Positions 53,501-64,000 of a stretch of DNA of 64,000 bases are shown here, one piece after another (positions within the stretch are counted from its first letter, which is position 1; each line of letters starts with the position of its first letter). The notes beneath the pieces are model-generated. The model worked only from the letters and a program-made list of their open reading frames with translations. It was not told the DNA's origin and searched no databases. The position numbers and the translations under genes were made by a program. The DNA lies in assembly GCF_964355755.1 (NCBI RefSeq), contig NC_092674.1, positions 26,350,001 to 26,414,000 of the forward strand, in the 5' to 3' direction. This stretch comes from Antedon mediterranea (Eukaryota > Animalia > Echinodermata).

Positions 53501-53755
53501 ACACATTTAACATCGCAACCGATCGCAATGCAATGCCCGTCTGAATAGCATATTGTTTGATAAGAAACGTTTTTTAAAAAGCGCCAAAAACTACAAAAAC
53601 AATCTCTTACCTTTTTCTGATCCACATGGACCCTCTGTCCTTACATTATCTAAAAAGTCGAGATACGATCTGGCGGGTGGGAAAGTTAAAACAATGTGGC
53701 TATAACTTAAAGAAGCCAGACTTAACAAAAATAATATCAGCATTGGGTAATTCAT
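40266..53755 (-). CDS. Secreted, probably GPI-anchored protein: LPMO-like His-brace domain + 2 EGF + 2 DOMON, ~762 aa, 15 coding exons
   Basis: Phase-consistent GT-AG exons, 5'->3': 53755-53611, 50370-50294, 47148-47060, 46461-46319, 45974-45858, 45287-45165, 44905-44811, 44510-44364, 44244-43917, 43620-43420, 42623-42414, 41949-41765, 41337-41146, 40995-40860, 40366-40266. Signal peptide ends SLSYS|HIVLTFPPAR. Two 6-Cys EGFs. DOMON motifs WLGIGW, HPMDCMDIVIG, DGTTTIVFRKKL, VIWARG, KYHG, then WSGVGFS.NGQM.GSDAVLGW, NGVLSLEF, GFH. Hydrophobic C-terminal tail. Confidence 0.88.
41571..41694. mobile_element. Harbinger-like MITE (agcgtggttcccac family); other copies near 28660, 33020, 35103, 38690 and 50085
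   Basis: TIRs agcttggttcccac / gtgggaaccaagct, internal tgaccaat..gattggt inverted motif, taa/tta flanks. Confidence 0.75.
42172..42319. mobile_element. Harbinger-like MITE with TAA TSD
   Basis: TIRs agggcaactcagacagcgtcg / cgatgctgtcccagttggcct; taa at 42169-42171 and 42320-42322. Confidence 0.75.
42675..43015 (-). mobile_element. tRNA-derived SINE, copy 3, with a (tcaa)n tail
   Basis: Near-identical to 17851-18170 apart from the tail microsatellite and a few small changes. Confidence 0.9.
43169..43329. mobile_element. Complete Harbinger-like MITE (agctctgtctacac family), TAA TSD; further partial copies near 23930, 25245, 34395, 41075 and 49118
   Basis: TIRs agccttgtctacactatcaaact / agtttgatagtgtagacagagct; taa at 43166-43168 and 43330-43332. 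Confidence 0.88.
43930..44147 (-). repeat. Coding 24-bp repeat encoding (PEPEAEG[S/T])n in exon 9 of the DOMON gene
   Basis: In frame with the flanking splice sites (exon 44244-43917). Confidence 0.85.
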
Positions 53756-55567
53756 CTTGTAAATAAATTGCAATGGTGGTTGTTTGTATACAGAGCGAGT
53801 CGATGAAATTGTATTGATGGTGTAAATGCACCTGAGATGTCGTTCTTTAATAATACCCAATTCTGGATTAATCCATTACGCCGATGGGGAAACACAAGTC
53901 ACTAAAAAAATACAACGGAATAAATATATGATTATTGATTAGTATATCTTAAACACAACTCAGTTTAAGCTTAAACAAAAGTTATTAAAACAAATTACGA
54001 AAATATATTTATATATAAATAGTTAAACTTACTCAGACCTAGGCACTTTATAATTAAAGCGGGAAAAAAATCCCCAAATATGTGAATGAAATACATTCGC
54101 CCAAAGTGACTTTGCAGTTTATTGTACGCTCCTATTTTGATTAATAAAAACGTATTTCATTATTAAACTTGCCCTGATTTTTTTTAAAGGTATTTAAATA
54201 TCAGAATATTTACATAGTTGTTGTTTTATAAAGTGACGTCAATAATGATCTAATTTTTTAACCACGACAACGAGCAATGTTTGGGAACTCCATGAATTAA
54301 TCATCAGGTCGTTATTAAAATTGTCAACAACACAAACCATGAATGTCATTAACTCATAAAAAAAAATCATATCCTCATAACATCTTTAAACATAACACAA
54401 TCAATATCATCGATTGACAATTATAATAATTGTATACAAGTCGGCTACTGGTATACCACCAAACTTCTCTCCTTAAGACCAGACGACTGGTGAAACAAAT
54501 CAGATATGGGTTCAGACAAGCTATGCTTATCAATTAAATTGTACCTATCAAACTTTAATTTTAAGTGTAAGAAAGTGATCAGGATCTATATTACAAATCA
54601 GTTAAAGTAACTTGGTGCTTTATCCCAATGTTGCAGTCATGTTAGGAAGAGATATTACTGGGAACTTATAGATGTTTCCAGAAGGGATTTAGCAAACATC
54701 GAATCTGCAACACCTCCTGGCGTCATAGCATTCCATAATCATGTTCCTCGACCGACATAAATGTTGATGGAAAAGATAGCTAACATTTATAAAATAAAAG
54801 TTCCTTTACTGAACAGTTTTGCTTCCACAACATAGTCATCTTATGGACATCATTGAACTTTGTTACATAACGTGTTGTATATAATACTGTGAATGAGAAA
54901 GACTTTGAGAATTTGAAAGCATCAATCAATCTTTCTTTTCATCATAATCACAAAAATATCTAATACAAAATTAGGATGGAGGACGTACAACAAAGGCAAA
55001 GCCTAAACAAAAACGTACACCTTTACAAAAAGAACACAAAAAACCACCAAAAAATGACATTTTGCATTGTCGTACACCCATCCCCTTGCAAAGCCAAACT
55101 AAACAAGTGATATTACAAAGTAATACCATATATTTTAATACTCCAATGTTCACTGTTATTAGTGTATGTGATCATTATTCATATTGATTTAGGTTAAAAC
55201 TACTAAATTATGTTAATCATTTTGTAGGTGCAATCAGGATTTAGTAAGGTTTAAAAAGAAAAGAAAATCGGGTCTCACCGTATGAGCCTAAAGCCGCAAA
55301 AATGTTAACATACTTTACTAATGCAAAATAAAAGACTCTTATGGTTGCTTAATCAAGGATCAATAAAAAGAAAACACCTCGTTTTTCAGTCACGATCCAA
55401 TTTAGTTATGTCATTTTCCAATTATGGAAAAGGTACGATAATGTACCAGAATAATGAAGGATATTTTTTACATTGTATTTGTTACGTTTTCTTGTACTTT
55501 GTGGAATTGTATCGTGTTCTTCCTGTCCAGTCTGTTCTACTGCTTACATCTGCTCGGGCCCTCTCCC

Positions 55568-55599
<32 letters not shown>

Positions 55600-56346
55600 C
55601 TCCGCCTTCGGTGCATCACCGTACCGTAAGTGATATTTACACCAGGCCTAGGCCTTCTAGGCTGGTTGGGCCTGGGCATAACTATTAATAAATGAATCAT
55701 TTAATCTAATAAATTCACCCAATAGATCTATGATTCCTTCAGTGCATTCATTAAACGCCATTTCTACTCTGATTTCTCTCTCTGATGACAAGCAAGAGAA
55801 GAAGGGGCGGGAGGGGACATTCTAGCAACGCCTCCTCTCTGATGACTCTGATTCAAGATTTATTTTGTCAATTGAAATGGAAATAATATGAGTACATTTT
55901 CAAAATTTTAAAATGTATATTAATAAAAGTATTACTATAAACAATATTTATATTATTTAAAACAGTCAATATATTAAAAGCAGACTTCAATACTACAGGG
56001 ATACAACATTTTAAAAGTAACATATAAGAACATCAAAAATACTATAAACATTACATTACACAGGTTCCAATAATTAGTTAAAATATGCAATAAAACTGGC
56101 TAAAAGAATAAATAAAAATGCTGACTTTACTATGCTTGAGAGATATGCGTAAAAACTCGATAAAAACTAAACACGTGCGATGTGTATAAACTCGATACGT
56201 GCGATGTGTAAAAATTCTACACGCGCGATGTTTAAAAACTCAACACGCGCGATGTGTAAAAACTCAACACGCGCGATGTGTAAAAATTCAACACGCGCGA
56301 TGTGTAAAAATTCAACACGCGCGATGTGTAAACATAACACTAAAGT

Positions 56347-57130
56347 CAAAGATTGTATAGCGCCGCTACGCGGCGCAAGATAGGTAACTGGGTGAGACCT
56401 TTGTAGATGGACGCCATTCCGGCGGACAAATTTGAACCGGAATAAAGTCGTTGTCAAGGCAATATCCACGATGTTTCGGTTAAAGAACGAAGTTGTCTAA
56501 CCAAACATATCAATGTTAACACACAGAATTAATCGGAAAGTGTCCAGATCCCAAAGAAACTTTTATTTTACTTTGTTTACATAATTTCTTCCCTTTTCCA
56601 TGAATCAATCATGTAAGCTGATTTTCCACTAGGCGAATTTGTTCGCGCGAATCGAAAGCGTCATGCTCTGCGCATGCGTATTCGAGTTTCTGTCTGTCAT
56701 ACTCCCTTCTGCGACGAATTCTAGTTCCTTGATTTTTCGCTGCAGCGAAATTTACTAGTTCGAATTGTTTCTACTTTTTGCGAAGCGAAATATTGCGCAA
56801 CCAATCAGAGCTCAGGAAATGAGTTATGACGCTTTCATGAGCAATCATGCGAATCGAAATGCTCAGCAACCACGCGAGGAACATGAACGTCGCAGCTATT
56901 CGCTCATGTAGTGGAAAGAGAGTAGGCGATTTTTTTCTCTTCGCGAAACGTTTGATTCGCGCGAACAAATTCGCCTAGTGGAAAATCGGCTTAAGATGGT
57001 TAACCATTAAGATGGTTAACTTCGAGGCGGACCGCAAAATTTAAACCATTTACATTTAAATCATAATAATAACCTGTCCGCCCGAATGGCGTCCATGGAT
57101 TTACCGCGTAGCGGCGCTATACAATCTTTG
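56347..57130. mobile_element. P-element-like non-autonomous transposon with a 7-bp TSD
   Basis: 27-bp perfect TIR caaagattgtatagcgccgctacgcgg; TSD ctaaagt at 56340-56346 and 57131-57137. CAAAG termini with a 7-8 bp TSD fit the P superfamily. Confidence 0.82.
56616..56991. mobile_element. MITE nested in the P-like element (Harbinger-like TIRs)
   Basis: TIRs agctgattttccactaggcgaatttgttcgcgcgaatc / gattcgcgcgaacaaattcgcctagtggaaaatcggct; TA on both sides. Confidence 0.85.
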
Positions 57131-58169
57131 CTAAAGTCAACACGAGCGATGTCAACATAATTAACACGAGCGATGTGTAAACTCAACTCGCGCGATGTCT
57201 CCATAACACGAGTTAGGAAAACTTGACATAGTTATGTCCGTCCTGGCGTGCCATACTTGGTATTCATCACGCCCTACCACCTTTGTCAAACCCACCTTCA
57301 CTCGTATACAAAGCCTCTTGATTTTGCTGTATCATTTGATTATGATTATTTAGGTTAAGGTATCGTTGGCGGCTATAGGACTGGCGACCAGACATTGAAC
57401 TTCAAATCTATTATAATGTTGTCAATTTATGTATTCTCAATATTATATTTCTATGCCTACAAAAAGAGTCTATACATTATAACATTCTGATCACTATAGG
57501 CTCTACAATCATTATTGTTTGCCTCTATATTCCAAAAATAACGGTTTTTCTTCTTCTGAAAACAACCATTCTAATACTATGTTGTATCCGGTATTTTAAA
57601 ACAATACGGTAGCAGATACTGTATTGATAAGTTCTCAATTTTCAGTTTTTTTTCTCCAACAATGTCATTAATTTTGTTAATAAGAAAAAAAAATGTATTT
57701 TCATATTATGTTATGTTAGAAAACAACAATTGTTTTTTATTATGCACGGATCACCAACTCGCCATGGTGACGAGTTCAAAATAAAGTTCAGTTTTCAATC
57801 GAGCATGACCGGGGCCCACACAGCCATGCGTGGCGGCGCTGGTGGGTGCGTCTATTCAGGTATAAGCAATATTTACAATAGTGTTTTGGGTGACTTTAAA
57901 ATTATAGTAGGTGTTATAACATAAGTCAATGTCAAATATACTGATAGTTATAATAGGTATTGTAAATCGTTAATACTCAAATCAAACCTTGACAGTGAAG
58001 AAAATAATAACAATAGTAAGATGAAGTGTTGAAATATTATGTGTATATACGAAACTAAAAAGGAATGAAAAGAACTATGAAAAAGAAGCCCAAGACAAGA
58101 AAAGAGGAGGAAGTAATTGGTCTTCTCCTCCATTGGGGAGAGAGAAGGAAATAATATATATATATACAT

Positions 58170-58610
58170 TTTAGGGTTTTTCTCAAATTGTAGTGGCCCC
58201 AATTGATATGCCTTAGTAAAAGCCATTTATGTTGAAATGCTAATTGAGATGACTGAGTGGTATGATAGAGTGTTTCCATTTATCGTTAAATCTGTCACAC
58301 GGAAATTAGACAATGTTTTGTGTTCGATCACGCATTTATCCTTAATAGGGCTTATTATTCATATATTTTATTTTATTTCTTTGGTTAGGTTAAGGTTTTC
58401 GTCAAATTGTAGTGGCCCCAATTGATATGTCTAACGCCATTTATGTTGAAATGCCAATTGAGATGACTGTGTGGTATAATAGAATTTTTCCATTATCGTA
58501 AAATTCTATCTAGCCTATCGCACGGAAGATCAGAAAATGTTTTGTGTTCGATCACGCATTTCTCTCCTTAATAGGTCTTATTATTCATAGATTTTATTTT
58601 ATTTCTTTGG
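58170..58610. repeat. Tandem duplication, ~215-225 bp x2
   Basis: 'tcaaattgtagtggccccaattgatatg...ttttattttatttctttgg' occurs twice. Confidence 0.85.
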
Positions 58611-60614
58611 CTCATTCATTTATTATTCCAGAGACAATTTTTGTACATGCACATTTTATGATCCAATAAACTGCGCCTTTTTTCTTTGTATTATAAGAAT
58701 TTCAATAACTCATTTGAAATGTTGGTTGATCATAAACCTATTTAAGCCATTCGGTTGTATAAGTTATAGTACAAATTGTAGTTCAAACTAAGTCTTCTAA
58801 AAGTTATCAAAATTTGTGGTTTTACTGTCCGGTCAGTAAAAAGATTAGGTACATACCAAAATACAGTTCAAGTGTTTTAGCCAATGATTGTGGAATAATC
58901 CCTTCGCCAACACATAATTCTGTCATACTATAGACGATGGTACTTGATGACAGATAATTATAATATTACAATGAAAATAGTGAATAATTATTAATATAGG
59001 ATCGTTAATAAAGTAAGCCTCCGATGTTTCGGTAGTTGAACTCTCAATTTTTGATATTCGTTTTTGCTTGTTGAGGGCGCACTAATGAAATCACCAGCAG
59101 AGTCATAATAAATAATATATATATATACTCCTAACTCTTTTTAAATATATTGCTTTGATCGTTAGTTGTGTTCAATTGTTGTGAGCAATGAAGACCAGCT
59201 TCACTTGAGTAATAACAGTAAATCTCACTCGTCTTTAGGCTTATCATCCAGCTCAAAATTATGCATTATGCATTTTTCGCGCCGATCCTTTGGGCTGAAA
59301 ACAAAAATGGTTATAAACTCGGACTGGGCGTGCGCAAAACCAAAGTATGTCTGGGAGAGAGGAGAGTCTATGGGATACATGCAGACAGTAGTAAGACGTG
59401 TTCAATAAACAATGTTTCATTTTGTCAATTTATCTTTGTCAAAACAATCCTTCCATATTTTTGACGAATGGTGTGTACATGTGGGTCGGTCACATGGCCT
59501 TGGGGAGTAACACCTCTATCCCGGAATATGCACAGTACTACAGTTTAGTTTAGGACTTTGTTCATTTCAGACTATATTTATGTTACACAAAATGTTTAAT
59601 ACTGATTGTTAAACAAAAATAATTGATAATAAATCATTATTTCTTAAATTATTAAATAGAATATCAATAAATCTAATGAAGAAAGAACAATAATTAAAAC
59701 TGTTACGTCAAAAAGTCGAGCAGCGTTTTTTGTAAGAAATATTTCTTGTTTTACTTCAGTAACGCAAATGTGGAAGAAAATGTCTTCTGAATAATACAGT
59801 AATAAAGAAACACTCAAAGATAGACAACAGACATACGGTAATTAAGACAATTTCGCTCAACTTTATTGTAATAATAAAATTCGCAACAACTGAACGAATA
59901 GCAACACAAATTAAATGGGTTTTTTTTGTTGTGGTACAGTAACATACACTATAACAAAAATGTCTTCTTACTAACAAAATGTATAGTTTGTGAAACAGAA
60001 ATTTATGAACACCAGAATCTCTCCCAAAACGAAATCCTGGGCAAGTTCATGGTATTCTACTTTAGGAAGAGTTGAAAAGTACTGTATTGCAATAATTTTA
60101 ATTTTATAAGCTAGCGATGGCATTAGCTATACAGTACGGGGCGCCGTTCAGGACATTTCTAAGTATTTTGTCGACAAAATTAGTGATGTCCCGAATATCT
60201 CCCCGTAATACAGTGCTATAACAGGATATTTAGATGTAGTGCGGTGCTATAATAAATGTACAAGTTATTTAAAGTGTACAAGTTATTTGTTGTTCTGATC
60301 TAATCCGATGAAGCGCCACATATGAACATAACAAACGGATTGTTTTGAGGCCGATTAGCCAAAAACATTTATAAATTCCGACCGAGCGAATAAAAATCAA
60401 CACATTAAAAAAAATGTCTAGTTGTTGCTAGTACAATTAAAATTTGTTAAAATCTTAAAAGAATTATATACATCATAATAAAAAATATACAGTATAATAA
60501 AAAGAATTATGATTTATGAACGGATTATCCACCTATAGATGTACAATATAGGATTAAGCTGCAAGAGGATTAAGCTGATAACTAACAACAGTACTGTGAA
60601 AATGATTAATCATT

Positions 60615-61172
60615 CAATGTGAATATTTTAAATAACGTCTCTCTAATTAAAGACCAATGAATAACAGAGATACGTTAAGCACCTTGTAGCTCTGTTAATA
60701 ATACATTACTGTTCAGAAGTGGGTCTTTAATTGTTAAAGTACCTTTAATATGAATATTTTAAATAACTTCCCTCTTATTAAAGACCTCTGAATAACAGAA
60801 ATACGTTAAGCACTTTGTAGCTCTGTTAATAATATATTACTGTTCAGAAGTTGGTCTTTAATTGGAGAGACTTAACTTAAAGTACCTTTAATATGAATAT
60901 TTTAAATAACTTCCCTCTAATTAAAGACCACTGAATAACAGAGATACGTTAAGCACTTTGTAGCTCGGTTAATAATACATTACTGTTCAGAAGTGGTTTT
61001 TAATTGGAGAGGCTTAACTTAAAGTACCTTCAATATGAATATTGTAAATAACGTCTCTCTAATTAAAGACCAATGAATAACAGAGATACGGTAAGCACTT
61101 TGTAGATCTGTTAATAATACATTACAGTTCAGAAGTGGTCTTTAATTGGAGAGACCTAACTTAAAGTACCTT
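60615..61172. repeat. Four tandem ~142-bp units, each with an internal inverted repeat
   Basis: Units start near 60615, 60745, 60888 and 61031; each has tctctctaattaaagacca ... tggtctttaattggagaga (the first unit is partly deleted). Confidence 0.9.
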
Positions 61173-61364
61173 TTTTAACGATAACATTTATCTATATTTA
61201 CAATCAAGCAAACCATCCAATCTAACTATTAATTATTATTAACATAGCATTAACCTGAAATTAGATAACAGGGCCTAGGCGGTAGTAGGACCGACGGTAG
61301 ATTTCCCACCTTGGTTGGGTTGATGGTAGTTGGGCCGCGACGGAATAGGACCGGCGCGCCGATA

Positions 61365-61665
61365 GTTGGGCTGACGACACTAGGGCTGACGACACTAGGG
61401 CTGGCGACACTAGGGCCGACGACACTAGGTGACGACGACACTAGGGCCGACGACACTAGGTGCCGACGACACTAGGGCTGACGACACTAGGTGCCGACGA
61501 CACTAAGGCTGACGACACTAGGGCTGACGACACTAGGGCTGACGACACTAGGGCTGACGACACTAGGGCTGACGAAACTAGGGCCGACGACACTAGGTGC
61601 CGACGACACTAGGGCTGACGACACTAGGGCCGACGACACTAGGGCCGACGACACTAGGTGCCGAT
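61365..61665. repeat. 15-bp minisatellite (gacgacactagggct)n
   Basis: About 19-20 units are directly visible. Confidence 0.95.
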
Positions 61666-63033
61666 GATCAATAAACACCACATTCATACATAGGTAAGCC
61701 TAGGAAAAAAATGTCAATATAAAATACTATATCTAGGCTAAAAAAGCAACAGAAACAAAACACTCGAGAATGACCGTAATTTCTACAAAATAATAAAGCA
61801 GCTGCTTTGGCCGCCCATACCCTGTAATTGCGCTCGTGTGCCTCTTACAGTTTTCAATGACAACTTAATACGTAGGCCTAAAATACGTGCTCAGTAGGCC
61901 TACGAGGTAACATATAATCATCTGAATGTGTAACTACAGTATTTTTTAAAAGTGCTCACCCTGTTTGGAATACGGCTGGCAGTGTACGGTCCTGTTAATA
62001 GTATTTACTGTATAAAGTATACACATATCTATGGGTACAGTATATTGTTAAGCTTTGAGTTTTGTGTCTACACTTATAAAGTAAGGTTAAATGCAAAACT
62101 TCTTAAGTTTGGCAGATGTATTTCTGATATTATAAAATGTTAGCTCATTACTTATGATAGCGAATAAATACCAATAAATAACCTCTTACTCAACTATGAA
62201 TATCATGTACTACATTGGAAGACCAAATTACATTTTAACAAAAATATTTCTTTTTTTAGCAATGTGTCTCTATAAATAAATCTGCTTAATTATTCAAACG
62301 ATTGCATTGAATAGCCGTAATATTAACTATAATAATTAATATTAATACCAACAGTAAATGCCATACACAAGTATATTAATAAGTTTACATCGACAGTACA
62401 AATGTTTGTTTGTTCTCAAAGTTTAAATTATATTTAGAATTTTTTTAAATATTGCTTGTCAGTAGACTTATATAAACCAGGAGTTTGTAATTAGAATTAC
62501 AACTCCATTATATAACTATTAAGGTCAAGATTCCGAATAATGGCATGCGTTGCAAATACGTCATTTTATGATCGAATGGGCGTGGTTATACCAGGGTTAA
62601 ACCACGCCCAATTCAAGCTCGTACGCTACTAATCAAATTTGCTTGAAAGAACATGACGCATAAATCTATCGCATACCTACAAACCGGCCGACAAGAAATC
62701 CTATCAATATGCTGACACTTTACCATAGCACACAAAACGTAGAAGTAAAATGTCGGCATCAGGCCTCTGACTAGACTCAACAAGACTCGTCTGCCTATGA
62801 TAATGACGTCATCTTCGATGTCTTCTTCGCCTAAACATGCTTCTTCCTTCTCTCGCGTCTCTTGATACACTGACGGTTATAGCGGATCGATTTATCAATA
62901 AGTTATTAATAAATCATCATCACCATAACTTTCAGTATACCTAAACTGTGCTTTCAATTCGATACATACACCAGATTAGAATGAAAGAAAGCTATGAAGG
63001 AGGATTTTCATCTAGGGTGTGGTCCAAATCCTC

Positions 63034-64000
63034 TTATACTGACGAATCAACGGCGTTCATAGCCGCATTGTAGGAAGGTGGAGATGATAAAGGAACGGCA
63101 CTCTCATCATCACAATTCCCTCCACGGCCTTCGATCTCGGGATACTGCAATTCACGGCGATGTTCGTTTAAAAACGGTCCCCATTCAGAATGTGATTGTG
63201 CCGATCGTTCGATTTTCTGTAAGATTATTACAAATAAAATTAGGAATTGAAATTGTAGTCTACTAACATATATTGTGTTATTCTGTACTGTACTACGCTG
63301 CACACATATTACCAACGTTTGTAATACTATAGTTTTACGTAGCGCCATCATTTTTTTTTTCGTATTCCTTATCTCAGGTATAGTTATGACACGCTATATG
63401 TGTCAAAATATTTTTCTTTTCATGAATATTAAACGAATCGATGTCTAGGCTAACTAGTACGTGACGTAATTTATGCCACGGTATAAGTGTCTCTTTTAAA
63501 TAGTTGAACAATGTACCAAAGTGCTTAGAAATGCTTCAAATCGCATTTGGAGACGTTTTAGACCATTTTGTGATTTTCGAAAAAACATTTTAACATTAAT
63601 TAAATAGCTTCCCACTAAATGATTGTTAATAGCAAGAACAGGAAACAGACATGCGAAGCGCATCTCAAATCGTAGGCATCACGTTTATAATCTCTGCCAA
63701 GTAAACGTCAAAGACTGACCACGAAAGAACGGTCTGACCGTTCTTAACACTTTTTTTTTATTATTTAATATACAAAAATATTAATCACAAGAATCACCAT
63801 AAAATTTACATTAAGATCACGTGGTTTTAATGGCCTAATCCGATTGGGCAACGATTCTTAAAATCAGGGGACATAAATTTAAAAAAAAATTATTTAACGA
63901 AAACCTCACCTCAATTAATGAACCTTTAGCCTTGGAAATTTCGTAGACAGCAATGATGGGAGTTGGTACAATTGCTGCTACAACCATCAGCCAGCCTAGA
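63034..64000 (-). CDS. 3' end (last two exons) of a second SLC6 transporter, paralog of the 26526-35098 gene
   Basis: Exon >64000-63910 gives LGWLMVVAAIVPTPIIAVYEISKAKGSLIE (TM12, donor gtgagg). Exon 63216-63034 gives KIERSAQSHSEWGPFLNEHR...EGRG...PPSY...DSSV*. Same intron position and WGP/HR/EGRG motifs as gene 1. Confidence 0.9.

Larger units (their letters stand above)
56150..57200. repeat. 24-bp minisatellite (aaaaactcaacacgcgcgatgtgt) interrupted by nested transposons
   Basis: Units at 56150-56340; they resume at 57138-57200. Confidence 0.85.

Noticed and set aside
54420-54900. Coding-like composition upstream of the His-brace gene
   Set aside because: No ORF of 60 aa or more and no recognisable motif; possibly a decayed transposon, not assignable.
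60615-61665. CRISPR-like arrays
   Set aside because: No unique spacers, no cas genes, and a eukaryotic context.

Overview
AT-rich, intron-rich animal DNA, probably an invertebrate deuterostome (inferred from a Deu-domain-like SINE and the gene structures); not prokaryotic. Four spliced genes were assembled by hand from GT-AG exons. (1) First coding exon of a Shroom-like PDZ gene (-, 16010-16138); its first intron appears to cover 1-16009. (2) A complete 12-exon SLC6 Na+/Cl- amino-acid transporter, GlyT/ATB0,+-like (+, 26526-35098, ~640 aa). (3) A complete 15-exon gene (-, 40266-53755, ~762 aa): signal peptide, an LPMO-like domain starting with His, 2 EGF, 2 Met/His heme-type DOMON domains (the first split by a furin site and acidic repeat), and a GPI-like tail. 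(4) The last two exons of a second SLC6 paralog (-, 63034 to window end). Gene 3 is the main candidate for a new system: a surface-anchored copper His-brace domain fused to putative b-heme electron donors, like the fungal LPMO and CDH-cytochrome pair in one chain. Function is inferred from motifs only. The rest holds nested MITEs with readable TSDs (Harbinger-, Tc1/pogo-, P-like, and a 9-bp-TSD element), three tRNA-derived SINEs, a CR1-type LINE 3' end, Penelope-like hammerhead remnants, minisatellites and many TACWGTA/TAGGCCTA footprint-like words.
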